Source of the DNA: Chloroflexota bacterium
GTDB taxonomy: Bacteria; Chloroflexota; UBA11872; UBA12225
Length of the DNA stretch: 64,000 nt
Direction: 5' to 3'
Assembly (NCBI GenBank): GCA_947446285.1
Contig: CANFGH010000001.1
Span: 4,730 to 68,729, forward strand
Under the pieces are notes generated by a model, which saw nothing but the letters and a program-made list of their open reading frames with translations, was not told the DNA's origin and did no database searches. How positions within the stretch are numbered: the stretch's first letter is position 1; every line of letters begins with the position of its first letter. A program made the position numbers and the translations under genes. Of this stretch, positions 9,428 to 18,841 are shown in pieces.

Positions 9428-11680
9428 ATGGTGAAGCAAGCGCCGCCGACAACGGATCAGGGTCTGCACGAGAACGGGCACGTCCCAGTCCACAATGGTG
9501 ATCACGGTTCCGCCGCTGGGTTGGCGCGCGAGAACGGCGCCATCAAGGACCTTCACGCCACCCACCAGCGCTCACCCGGCCTGAAAGGTCTGGCAGAGGA
9601 TGCGATCCTTCACCCGCATACGGCAGCATACGACGTTACCTTGAAAGTCGTGCTGGTCGCGATCCTCTCGAGCATTTGCATCCTCGCCCTTGAGACGATG
9701 CATCCACTGGTGGAGGATTACCGGGAAACGTTCCACGCCATCGACCTGACCCTCCTTGTCATCTTCACCGCTGAGTACCTACTGAACGTCTGGGTCGCCC
9801 CCAACCGCAAGGCGTACATCTTCTCTCTATGGGGGGTCGTGGATTTCCTCGCCATCGCGCCGGCGTACATCGAGTTGGCCTTCGGCGGGATGGAGAGCCT
9901 GATCTTCCTGCGGCAGCTGCGCATCCTGCGGGTCATGCGGATGCTGAAGCTCCTCAAGCTCGCGGCTGAGAAGGCCGCCGAATCAGCCGCTAAAGCGACC
10001 GAGAAGAAGTCCAGCTTCCTCATGGACATCCAGATCTACATGATCTGCCTCTTCACGGTGCTGACCATCAGCTCGTCGCTCCTGCACTTGTTCGAGGGCG
10101 TCCGCCCTGGAGTTCCGGAACTTACCGGGGATGCACTGGTGGAACTCGCCAAGGGTGAGGAGGAAGGCGCGTCACCCGAGTGGGCGGACGACCAGATGGT
10201 CCAGTTGTACGCGGAACGGGCCGGGAAGGGATGGAGCAATCCGGTCTATACGTTCACCAGTGTGCCCAAGGCCTACTGGTGGTCAATGGTGACGCTCACG
10301 ACCACTGGGTACGGCGACATGTTCCCAGTGACCCTCCCGGGCCGGATCGTCGCCGGTGTCACCATGCTCGCCGGACTTGCGCTGTTCTCGCTCCTCACCA
10401 GCGTCGTCGGGCGTGCGTTGATGACGTCCCTGTTCGGGAAGGGTGGTGACGCGGACGCTGTCGGCCACAAGATCCTTGTGATCGGCGGTGGTCGCCTGCC
10501 GCCGGGAGTGAATGTGTTGGCGCTCGTTGGCGGAGGCGGGGCAGCCGAACCTGTGGGCGTCGCCGGAACCCCGGACAATCCCGCTCGCGACCGGAGTTCA
10601 CTTGAAACGGCGTTCCTCGACTCCGAGGTGAAATTTTCGGACATTACCGCATCGGCAAGTCATGTTGCCGAAAGCATGGTTCTTGCTGCGTCCGAAGGCG
10701 GCGTCAAGCACGATGAGGCAATCCGACGCGAGAACCCCAACGCCCTTGACAAATTCATCTATGACGCGTTCGCCGACCATTCCTCGAAACTGTTCATGCC
10801 GATGCAACAGTTCCTCACAGGACTGATCTTCGCATCGGTGGTCCTCGTCGTCGCGGACTCGATCCATGAGGTCCACGAGGAATACCACACCGCGTTCGAG
10901 TGGATTGAGCGGATCATCGTCTTCTGCTTCACCTTCGAGTTCCTCGCGAATTACCGCCTGGCACCCAACAAGATGGCCTACGTCTTCAGCATGTGGGGGA
11001 TAATCGACGTACTGGCCGTCCTTCCCACCTACATCGATATGGTGATCAATTTTTTGGCCTTTATCGGCATCGAGATGCAGCTTGGAGGCGGCTTGCTCTT
11101 CAAGGTCCTGCGGATGTTGCGGGTCCTGCGGATGCTCCGGACCCTGAAGCTTGCAAAGGCCGCTTCGGAAAAAATGGCAGCGGCCATGGAGGGGGGGGGT
11201 AGGTCGTCTTTCTGGAGCGACTTGCAGATCTACCTCATCGCCCTCTTTACCGTCCTCATCATTTCCTCAACCCTGATGTGGAACGTGGAGTATGACCCAC
11301 TAGCCGACCCGCCATCGACGACGCAGTTCATCAACATCCCCGCGTCGATGTGGTGGGGGATCGTGACCCTGTGCACCGTTGGGTACGGCGACATGTTCCC
11401 GATCACCATTGCGGGACGGGCAATCGCCGGCGTGACCATGCTTTGTGGTCTGGCACTCTTCGGGATCCTGACCAGCGTCATCGGGCGTGCCCTGATGGCG
11501 TCGCTCTTCGGTGAGGAGAAGGAGCCCGAGCCTCAGGTCATCTACCTCGACGCACCGTCAGATGATCCCGCCCCAGTCTTGTCCGGCTTGGAGCGGTTGG
11601 TCGTCCTGCGTTCGGCAGGTGCCCTCAATGACGAGGAGTTCGAACGCGCCAAGGCGCAGGTTCTGGCCATGGGCGCCTGA
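9428..11680 (+). CDS. Voltage-gated K+ channel with two tandem 6TM repeats and C-terminal SHOCT domain (paralog 2)
   Basis: Two S4 segments ([17 protein letters not shown]; [18 protein letters not shown]), filters [10 protein letters not shown] and [10 protein letters not shown], and C-terminal [26 protein letters not shown] (SHOCT pattern). RBS GGAG precedes ATG 9428. Confidence 0.9.
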   Translation: MVKQAPPTTDQGLHENGHVPVHNGDHGSAAGLARENGAIKDLHATHQRSPGLKGLAEDAILHPHTAAYDVTLKVVLVAILSSICILALETMHPLVEDYRETFHAIDLTLLVIFTAEYLLNVWVAPNRKAYIFSLWGVVDFLAIAPAYIELAFGGMESLIFLRQLRILRVMRMLKLLKLAAEKAAESAAKATEKKSSFLMDIQIYMICLFTVLTISSSLLHLFEGVRPGVPELTGDALVELAKGEEEGASPEWADDQMVQLYAERAGKGWSNPVYTFTSVPKAYWWSMVTLTTTGYGDMFPVTLPGRIVAGVTMLAGLALFSLLTSVVGRALMTSLFGKGGDADAVGHKILVIGGGRLPPGVNVLALVGGGGAAEPVGVAGTPDNPARDRSSLETAFLDSEVKFSDITASASHVAESMVLAASEGGVKHDEAIRRENPNALDKFIYDAFADHSSKLFMPMQQFLTGLIFASVVLVVADSIHEVHEEYHTAFEWIERIIVFCFTFEFLANYRLAPNKMAYVFSMWGIIDVLAVLPTYIDMVINFLAFIGIEMQLGGGLLFKVLRMLRVLRMLRTLKLAKAASEKMAAAMEGGGRSSFWSDLQIYLIALFTVLIISSTLMWNVEYDPLADPPSTTQFINIPASMWWGIVTLCTVGYGDMFPITIAGRAIAGVTMLCGLALFGILTSVIGRALMASLFGEEKEPEPQVIYLDAPSDDPAPVLSGLERLVVLRSAGALNDEEFERAKAQVLAMGA

Positions 11681-12260
11681 TCAGGTGCCCGACAGGCGTG
11701 GGAGCATGCGAAAGGCCATGTTCCCTCACCTGATCCCATTTGCTGGCACGCTCTCGCGGTTCAGGACGCAACCAGGGTGGCATCCAGGTCGGTGAGGACA
11801 CCCACGACCATCGTGCAAGCCCGCCAACAAGGGTGCGGTCGTCGGTCACTTCGACCCCCGCTGATCGCCGGCGATCAATCTCTCCGCGCCTTTCATCTGG
11901 ATCGGGGAGCAGTGCCACGCAGCCGTGGCGGTTGACGACCCGATGCCACGTGACGACCGGGGACCATCCGTCCGTTCGAGCGCCGGGAACGGTCAAGCAC
12001 CCTGGTTCCGGCACGTCTGGCAGTGGGTGGAGCATCCACCCGACCGGTCGCGCCATTCGCGGTCGTCCGGTCCGCCTGGCAATCGTGCCGTAAATCGTCA
12101 CCATGCCTCGCAGGATCTGGCCAACCGCTTCGAGAACCGGTTCGCGACTGTTCCGTTTCCGCCCACGGTCCGGCAGTGTACGGTGATGTGTGGGGGTCTC
12201 AAGGCAGGTGTGCCGTAACCGGGTTGGGGGAATGGTAGACCGCGAGACCGTGGACGAGGA

Positions 12261-13727
12261 TTGACGCTCATGGTGGACAAGCGCCCTGACCGGTCGGTGA
12301 TTGCCTTTCCGGTTCCGGACGATGGGCCGGAACTCGGGACTGTTCGAACCGGGGCGCCAGTGGCGATTGCCGAGCGGTACCGCGGGGCTACCATCGCCGG
12401 GGTGGTCACCTCTGATCGCCAGGTGATCCGGAATATCCTGGTGCCACTTGACGGGACCGCGGTCGCCGAGGCGGCGATCCCTCATGCGGTGGCCTTGGTC
12501 AAGGTGACGGGTGCGGCCCTGCATCTCATCCGGGTCATTGCGTCGTCTGCGGTCACGGTCCTGCCTTCGGTTGCAACCGAACTGTCCTCTGGTGGACAAC
12601 TCGGCACGGGGCTGGGCGATGTGTATTTCAATCAGGTGGGGTCGGGCGGGGGTCTTTCGGCGGGCGAACCCCTGGCTATCGGGGCGACCGTCTATCTCGA
12701 AGAGATCGCCGATCGCTTGCGTGCGCAGGGCATGGCGGTTCTCCCCGCAGTGCGCGTTGGACCGCCAAGTCAGGTGATCGCAACGGTGGCCGCGGCCTTG
12801 GGCATCGACCTGCTCATTCTGGCCAGTGAACCGCATCGTGGTCTGGCGCGACTGGTAGCGGGAAGCGTTGCCGATGAGCTTTTGCGGACGGCGCCGTGTC
12901 CAGTCATGTATGTCCGGACGGCACCCGCGCCGATTGAGAGCATTGCCGATGGCCTGCGCAATTTCGCACGCGATGTCGCCCGTGCCGGCGCACTTTCGTC
13001 GGTGAGATTGGGGTTGCGTGAAGTTCCAGTGGACCGGATTACCGGGAGTGTCGGCCGTGGTCACGAGTTGAACGCATCATTCCTGCCCCGTCGGCCGCGC
13101 AAGGACGACACGGCACGGTTCAAGGGGGTGAAGGACCGTCTTGAGCATGGCTTGCCCATGCCACCCCTCGAGCTTTACAAGTTTGGCTACGACTACTTTG
13201 TTCTTGACGGACATCATCGGGTCGCGGCGGCCCGGCAACTTGGCATCCGTGAACTTGAGGCCGAGGTCAGCGAATACTTTTCGTCCTCCGATGCGGAACA
13301 GCAACAGGTCTTCGTGGAACGGCGGGTCTTCGAGCGTCAGACCGGCTTGACAAAGGTTGGCGCGTCGCGCGTCGGAACCTATCCGGGCCTTCTGCAGCTG
13401 ATCTCGGTAACGCCCGAGCGGGAGACCCTTCTGCCCCTTGGTGCGACGGTGGGTCAGGCCGCCCGGGACGCGTGGAGCCGCTGGTATTTCGGGTTCTTCC
13501 AGGAAATGCAGCGATCAATGCGCGCCCAAGGCCTTCATGGTGCCTTCCCTGGCGAGCGCTCGGCGGACATCCTTGTCCGGTTGGCGCAGTTTCGCGAGAG
13601 TGAGGCTCGCCTTGGCCAGGAGGTCAGTTGGGAGCGGGCGGTCGGCCACTTTGCCGCTGCCTATGGCCGCCGTCCCCGTGGCCGGGGATGGAGCCTGCTT
13701 GATCTTGTGCCCGGGGGCCGTGGTTGA
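12261..13727 (+). CDS. Universal stress protein fused to a ParB/sulfiredoxin-like domain and a DUF4032-like helical tail
   Basis: USP: ILVPLDGTAVAEAAIPHA...GSVADELLRTAPCPVMYV. ParB/Srx: VDRITGSVGR...LELYKFGYDYFVLDGHHRVAAARQLG. Confidence 0.75.
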   Translation: MTLMVDKRPDRSVIAFPVPDDGPELGTVRTGAPVAIAERYRGATIAGVVTSDRQVIRNILVPLDGTAVAEAAIPHAVALVKVTGAALHLIRVIASSAVTVLPSVATELSSGGQLGTGLGDVYFNQVGSGGGLSAGEPLAIGATVYLEEIADRLRAQGMAVLPAVRVGPPSQVIATVAAALGIDLLILASEPHRGLARLVAGSVADELLRTAPCPVMYVRTAPAPIESIADGLRNFARDVARAGALSSVRLGLREVPVDRITGSVGRGHELNASFLPRRPRKDDTARFKGVKDRLEHGLPMPPLELYKFGYDYFVLDGHHRVAAARQLGIRELEAEVSEYFSSSDAEQQQVFVERRVFERQTGLTKVGASRVGTYPGLLQLISVTPERETLLPLGATVGQAARDAWSRWYFGFFQEMQRSMRAQGLHGAFPGERSADILVRLAQFRESEARLGQEVSWERAVGHFAAAYGRRPRGRGWSLLDLVPGGRG

Positions 13728-13775
13728 CGGATCCACGCCCCGCGTGCCTCTGGTCAACGTCGTCTGGATAGGCGT

Positions 13776-13790
13776 GCGTACAATCGCCGC
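13776..13790 (+). promoter_or_regulatory. -10-like promoter element, copy 1 of a 15-bp repeat
   Basis: GCGTACAATCGCCGC, identical to 15753-15767; contains TACAAT about 80 nt upstream of the dehydratase start. Confidence 0.45.
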
Positions 13791-13866
13791 CCCGGGGTTC
13801 GGGCGAGACGGTCGCCGGCTCTGTGCGGGGACTGGGTCACCGGTTGCCCGGGTGAGGAGAATTTCG

Positions 13867-14808
13867 GTGGTGACACCGGCTGATATCGCTGAGGCTTCCC
13901 GACGCATCGCCGGACGTGTCCGGGTGACACCCGTCATGCATCTTGAAGCGGGGTCGTTCGGATCTCCCGGACATCTCGTGGTCAAACTCGAATCGCTGCA
14001 ACGGTCCGGATCATTCAAGGCGCGTGGCGCGTTCAACCGCATCCTGTCCGGGAGCGTGCCGGATTCCGGGGTCATTGCCGCATCCGGTGGCAATCACGGT
14101 GCCGCCGTTGCCCTTGCGTCGACGTCGCTCGGGTTCAGTGCCGAAATCTACGTTCCTGAAGTCGCCAGTCCCTCCAAGGTCGCGCGGCTTCGGGCCTATG
14201 GGGCCGAGGTAACGATCATCGGCCAACGGTTCCCACAGACCTACCTAGCCATGCAGGAGCGGGCGGCCGTGACCGGTGCCCTGATGGTGCATCCCTATGA
14301 TCAGCCGGAGATCCTTGCCGGGGCGGGAACCCTTGGCAGGGAACTCGAGGACCAGGTTCCCGATGTGGACACGGTTCTCGTGGCAGTCGGTGGTGGAGGC
14401 CTGATCGGGGGCGTTGCTTCGTGGTTTGGGGGTCGCGTCCGCGTCGTCGGGGTGGAACCGTTTGCGTGCGCGACCCTCCACGATGCCATGCAGGCCGGGA
14501 TGCCGGTCGATGTCCCGACCGGAGGCATCGCGGTCGACAGTCTGGGTGCCACGCGCATTGGCAGTCTCACCTTTGACACGGCCCGGCAGTTCATCGACCG
14601 GGTTGTCCTGGTCGAGGATGATGCGATCCGCGAGGCGCAGTTGCTGGCATGGGACAGCCTGCGGGTTGCGTTGGAACCGGGCGGGGCGGCCGCCCTCGCC
14701 GCCGTGGTCTCCGGTGCGTATGTGCCCCGAGCGGGCGAACGTGTCGCGATTGTCCTGTGCGGGGGCAACCTGGACCCGGCTTCGCTCACCCCACCCCACC
14801 CTGCCTGA
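13867..14808 (+). CDS. PLP-dependent threonine/serine dehydratase (no ACT domain)
   Basis: KLESLQRSGSFKARGAFN (PLP lysine), ASGGNHG, VAVGGGGLIGG, LEPGGAAALA; RBS GAGGAG before GTG 13867. Confidence 0.9.
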   Translation: MVTPADIAEASRRIAGRVRVTPVMHLEAGSFGSPGHLVVKLESLQRSGSFKARGAFNRILSGSVPDSGVIAASGGNHGAAVALASTSLGFSAEIYVPEVASPSKVARLRAYGAEVTIIGQRFPQTYLAMQERAAVTGALMVHPYDQPEILAGAGTLGRELEDQVPDVDTVLVAVGGGGLIGGVASWFGGRVRVVGVEPFACATLHDAMQAGMPVDVPTGGIAVDSLGATRIGSLTFDTARQFIDRVVLVEDDAIREAQLLAWDSLRVALEPGGAAALAAVVSGAYVPRAGERVAIVLCGGNLDPASLTPPHPA

Positions 14809-14964
14809 TTTGTGGACGTTTCGCTTCAGGCCTGACCTGCCTGGGAACCCGTCCCCGGTGGCCGGGCGAACCGCGGGACACGAATCTGGTTCATCGGTAC
14901 CATCTGCCGTCGCACGATTCACCACGAAACGAGGATTGGTCCGCTGAAAAGACAGACAGGCACT

Positions 14965-14984
14965 CCCCCCCCCTCCTCCCCCCC
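14965..14984 (+). repeat. C-rich simple sequence tract
   Basis: C9-T-CC-T-C7, read directly from the sequence, 20 nt upstream of the hemolysin-III start. Confidence 0.7.
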
Positions 14985-15003
14985 TGATTTACAGACGCGT
15001 CGC

Positions 15004-15651
15004 TTGCCGGGGTATCCCCACCGGCCGATCATTGCCACTGATGCGCTGATCCTCAAGCTGACGGCTGCGTTCGGGTGTGCCGGGTTTGCGCTTTTGGCGA
15101 TGCAGTCGTTTTTCCAGGACTGGAACCGCGCACTTGCCGGTCTCATCTACGGAGCCACCCTCGCAGCTTCATCAGTTGCTTCGATGGTCTACAACCGGTA
15201 CTTCCGCCATGTGGCCGGCAGCCGGGGCAACCGGTACTGGCGAATGCTGGATCACGTCGCCATCTTCCTGCTCATCGCGGGCACCTACACGCCGTTCGCC
15301 TGGATCGGGTTCCGTGATGGCGGTGGCTACCTGCTTCCGCTTGTCTGGGCGCTCGCCGGGATCGGGATTGTCCTGAAGTTCATTCTGAAGTTCCGGTTTC
15401 CAATCCTTTTTGTCGCCCTCTACATGGCGATGGGGTGGGTCGTGGTCCTCGGTGCCGACCATCTCTTTCGCGATCTCGACCCGGTTGTTCTCGGGCTTCT
15501 CGTTGCCGGTGGCGTGATCTACACCGTCGGGGTGCTGTTCCATCTTCTGAAGAATTGGGTCTGGTACTCGGCGGTGTGGCACGGGTTCGTCCTGACGGCG
15601 TCAGTCGTCCATTTCGTCGCGATCTGGGGATTCATCCTCCCGGCAGCCTGA
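15004..15651 (+). CDS. Hemolysin III / PAQR-family membrane protein
   Basis: About 7 hydrophobic helices with SMVYN, LDHVAIFLLIAGTYTPF, YTVGVLF and AVWHGFV motifs. Confidence 0.9.
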   Translation: MPGYPHRPIIATDALILKLTAAFGCAGFALLAMQSFFQDWNRALAGLIYGATLAASSVASMVYNRYFRHVAGSRGNRYWRMLDHVAIFLLIAGTYTPFAWIGFRDGGGYLLPLVWALAGIGIVLKFILKFRFPILFVALYMAMGWVVVLGADHLFRDLDPVVLGLLVAGGVIYTVGVLFHLLKNWVWYSAVWHGFVLTASVVHFVAIWGFILPAA

Positions 15652-15752
15652 GGCCAGATCCGTAACCTCACCCAGCCCCCGGTGAATTCCATGCGCGTCG
15701 TTCAGCGCATCCGGCCTGATTGACAAAGGACCCCTCCCAACGTTCCCCGGCG

Positions 15753-15767
15753 GCGTACAATCGCCGC
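15753..15767 (+). promoter_or_regulatory. -10-like promoter element, copy 2 of a 15-bp repeat
   Basis: GCGTACAATCGCCGC, identical to 13776-13790. Confidence 0.45.
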
Positions 15768-15978
15768 GCCGGGTGGTCGGCAGCGGTGACCAGGTCCTGA
15801 ACCTCTCCCGGTGGATGATCGGGACGGGGCTCGGCCGATCACCGTCATCCCCAGTCCCGCCCGCCCTGATTTGTGTGCGTTCCGTTTCTTCGCATCTCCT
15901 TTACATCGTGGAGAGCAGGTTTCGGATGTCATTCCGATCGGTGCGGAAGTGCCGATGGGAAGCTCGAAGGGTCGATGC

Positions 15979-17562
15979 ATGGTGTTCTCCCGGCGGGGCG
16001 GCGAAGCGCAGATGGAGCGGCTGGGTGCCGTGGACGCGGATGCCTTGCGGGGCCATGCAGTAAAGGCTGGCCGGGTGACGCGGCGTTCCCTGATGAACCT
16101 CGGTGCCATGACCGCCGGTCTCGCGGTGCTGCCCGCCATCGTGGGTGCGTCAGCGTGCGGACGACAGGTCGAGAAAGTACCCGTCACCCTCAAGTGGTAC
16201 TCCTGGGGACCCGAACTTCCCCTGCCCTTCACGGCCGGCCCCGGGATCAACAATCGTCTCAACTGGAACCAGGTGGCTGGCCAGTTTGCCTCCTCGGCGG
16301 CGGCGGCCGGTGGTGCGGCACCGACACCGGGAACCGGCAATCCCACACCTGTGCCGACGGACAAGCTGCTTGAACAGCAGATCTCCACGTTCACGAGTGA
16401 GCGCGAGGATGTGCACGTCACGATCATGACCGAGAGGTTTGATCGATACAACGACAAGCTCATGGCATTCGCGGCGTCTGGCCAGATGCCCGATGTGGTG
16501 GTGTACGACGGGCCCAATGCCCTGCCGTTGCTCAAGGCCGGGGCGTTCTATCCCCTGCAGCGATTGCAGGGGGCGTCAAGTCGCGCCTTCCTCTCGGAGT
16601 ACCAGCCGGGATACATCGACGCGAGTGCGTTCCGTGGCCGGTTGTTCGGACTGCCGTATCAGGCGCGCCAGTTGGTCCTATATGTCAATAAATCGGCGTT
16701 TTCCGGGCTATCGCTTCCTCCGGCGACGTGGGGAAGTCCTGATTGGACGTGGGGCCACTTTCTGGAAAAGGCGAGCCAGTTGACGCAGCGTGGGTCTGGC
16801 GGGGGTTACCGCCAGTTCGGCACGTTGGTGACCGGGAGGCCATTCTGGGCTTCACTGATCCGGCAGAATGGGGCAGCGGAGTTCACCCGGGAAGTTTCGC
16901 GGTCGCGCTATGCCGAGGCGGGGGTGCATGAAGCCCTGCAATGGGCGTCTGACCTCGTGTGGCGGTACGGGGTCGCTCCAAATGAGCAGCAGAACCCCAA
17001 CGGGCAGGCGTACACCTTTGACGGGGGCCAGATTGCCATGTGGATCTGGTACCAGCACACGCTACCCCTCCTGTCGACCAGGAACCTCGGGTTCGATTGG
17101 GACGTGTACCCGCTTCCGTCATCAAGGCAGGCTGCGACGTACGCCGACTGGTCGTTCATCTCGATTGGCGCCTCGACGGCAAACGTCGATCAGGCGTGGG
17201 ACCTTGCGCGCTACCTTGCCGGGCCGGACGGTGACCAGAGGGCACTGCGGACCGGGATTGCTTCACCGATCATCCGTGGTTCCGAACCACGCTTCATGAC
17301 GGGTGCCGCAGCCACGAGGAACCGTGCCGCTGCCATCCAGGCGGCGCAACAGGTCATTGCTGTCCGGCCACTGCACGAATCCTGGGAGCAGTTGACCGGA
17401 CTGATCGACTACTACCTGCGTCCGGTGTGGACCGGTCAGGAACGGGCGTCATACGCGACGCGGGACCTTGCGCGAGCCCTCGATGCGGTCCTGGGCGGGA
17501 TTGGGCTGGGTGGCCCCGCGATCGGCAATGCGCCTGAGCCGCCCCTGCCCCGCCCCACCTGA
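15979..17562 (+). CDS. Extracellular sugar-binding lipoprotein (CUT1-type SBP) with Tat signal; no adjacent permease
   Basis: TRRSLMNLG twin-arginine motif, lipobox ASAC, ASGQMPDVV, LFGLPY, LYVNKSAF, WTWGHFLEKASQLT. Start could be 15979 or 16012. Confidence 0.8.
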   Translation: MVFSRRGGEAQMERLGAVDADALRGHAVKAGRVTRRSLMNLGAMTAGLAVLPAIVGASACGRQVEKVPVTLKWYSWGPELPLPFTAGPGINNRLNWNQVAGQFASSAAAAGGAAPTPGTGNPTPVPTDKLLEQQISTFTSEREDVHVTIMTERFDRYNDKLMAFAASGQMPDVVVYDGPNALPLLKAGAFYPLQRLQGASSRAFLSEYQPGYIDASAFRGRLFGLPYQARQLVLYVNKSAFSGLSLPPATWGSPDWTWGHFLEKASQLTQRGSGGGYRQFGTLVTGRPFWASLIRQNGAAEFTREVSRSRYAEAGVHEALQWASDLVWRYGVAPNEQQNPNGQAYTFDGGQIAMWIWYQHTLPLLSTRNLGFDWDVYPLPSSRQAATYADWSFISIGASTANVDQAWDLARYLAGPDGDQRALRTGIASPIIRGSEPRFMTGAAATRNRAAAIQAAQQVIAVRPLHESWEQLTGLIDYYLRPVWTGQERASYATRDLARALDAVLGGIGLGGPAIGNAPEPPLPRPT

Positions 17563-17614
17563 TCCACATACTCTTCGCTTGAGCTCTTCGCTTGAGGAGA
17601 CGGGCACGAGATGT

Positions 17615-18841
17615 CTACGCGTTGTCCGCGTTGTGGCGTGTCTCGTCAGTCGGGACGTTCGTGACGGGAGCAGCGGACGGCACGACGAGCCTTCCCTCGA
17701 TGGCATCGCAATAGCCAGGGTCGCGTTCGATCATCATCCACCGGCGTCCGAGCCGTTGGGCAACGAGGCCGGTCGTGCCGGTGCCGGCGAACGGATCGAG
17801 CACGAGGTCTCCCGGCCGGCTTGTCGCCAGGACAATCCTCTCAAGGAGTGACGCCGGCTTCTGGGTACTGTGGACCTTCCGGCCGGATGCATCGCGCAAC
17901 CGTTCGCGACCACCGCAGATTGGCATGTACCAGTCCGATCGCATCTGCTTGCCCCCGTTCAACTCCTTCATCGCCCGGTAGTTGAACGTGGTTCTCGTCG
18001 CGGTCTCACTCTTCTTGGCCCAGATCAGGGTCTCGTGGGCATTGGTGAAGCGCACCCCGCGGAAGTGGGGCATCGGGTTCGCCTTGATCCAGACGACGTC
18101 GTTCAGCAACCAGAACCCTGCGTCTTGCAGCCGTGTCCCGACCCGGAAGATATTGTGATACGACCCGATCACCCACAGGCTTCCCTGTGGTGAAAGGATC
18201 CTGCGGCATTCCTGCACCCATTTTTCCGTGAAGCGGTCGTAGTCCTCGAAGCTGGCGAAGGCATCCCACGCGTCGAAGACCCCGTCGACCGCGGTTTCGT
18301 TCGGGCGCCGCAAGTCCGTTGCGCGCAACTGGAGGTTGTAGGGCGGGTCGGCGAAGATCAGGTCGATCGAGTTTGACGGAATGTGGCGAAGCGCGTCCAG
18401 GCAGTCACCGTTGATGAGGACATTCGGTTGGGTGGCGAGAGTGGCCGGGTCCGGTGAGGCGAGCACCTGTCGGGTCACATAAGACGCACTGTCCAGGCGC
18501 ACCCACGGCACCGGTTGCGTCACCACCGATGGCGTTTCCCTGCCGACAGGGGTAGGCGATGGTGACGAGGGCTTTCGGAGGGCAGGGGTAATCTTTTGTT
18601 TTCCGGTCACGATGCGGAGCGCGCGGGCACGCCCTGTCTCCGTGGTCGTTGCCCCAGCGTCACCGGGGAGCGGGATGGATGCCGGAACGATCCGCAGCGC
18701 CTTCGGTCTCGCGCCCGCAAGCACCTCTGGCGTCTCGACGTCAGATCCGATGGCGGTTGCCGTCGGGGCGTTCGTCGAACTGGACGTGCTGGAGGGGTCA
18801 GTGTCAGGATCGGTGTGTCGTCGCCTGGCTGCCCGTCCCAT
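17615..18841 (-). CDS. Beta-class DNA amino-methyltransferase, CcrM/M.HinfI-like, with a long low-complexity N-terminus
   Basis: [59 protein letters not shown] and [10 protein letters not shown] closely follow the CcrM catalytic domain. Confidence 0.85.
   Translation of the reverse strand: MGRAARRRHTDPDTDPSSTSSSTNAPTATAIGSDVETPEVLAGARPKALRIVPASIPLPGDAGATTTETGRARALRIVTGKQKITPALRKPSSPSPTPVGRETPSVVTQPVPWVRLDSASYVTRQVLASPDPATLATQPNVLINGDCLDALRHIPSNSIDLIFADPPYNLQLRATDLRRPNETAVDGVFDAWDAFASFEDYDRFTEKWVQECRRILSPQGSLWVIGSYHNIFRVGTRLQDAGFWLLNDVVWIKANPMPHFRGVRFTNAHETLIWAKKSETATRTTFNYRAMKELNGGKQMRSDWYMPICGGRERLRDASGRKVHSTQKPASLLERIVLATSRPGDLVLDPFAGTGTTGLVAQRLGRRWMMIERDPGYCDAIEGRLVVPSAAPVTNVPTDETRHNADNA

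Noticed and set aside
15720-15761. TTGACA ... TACAAT as a canonical sigma70 promoter
   Set aside because: The hexamers are about 30 nt apart instead of about 17; only the -10 element is retained.
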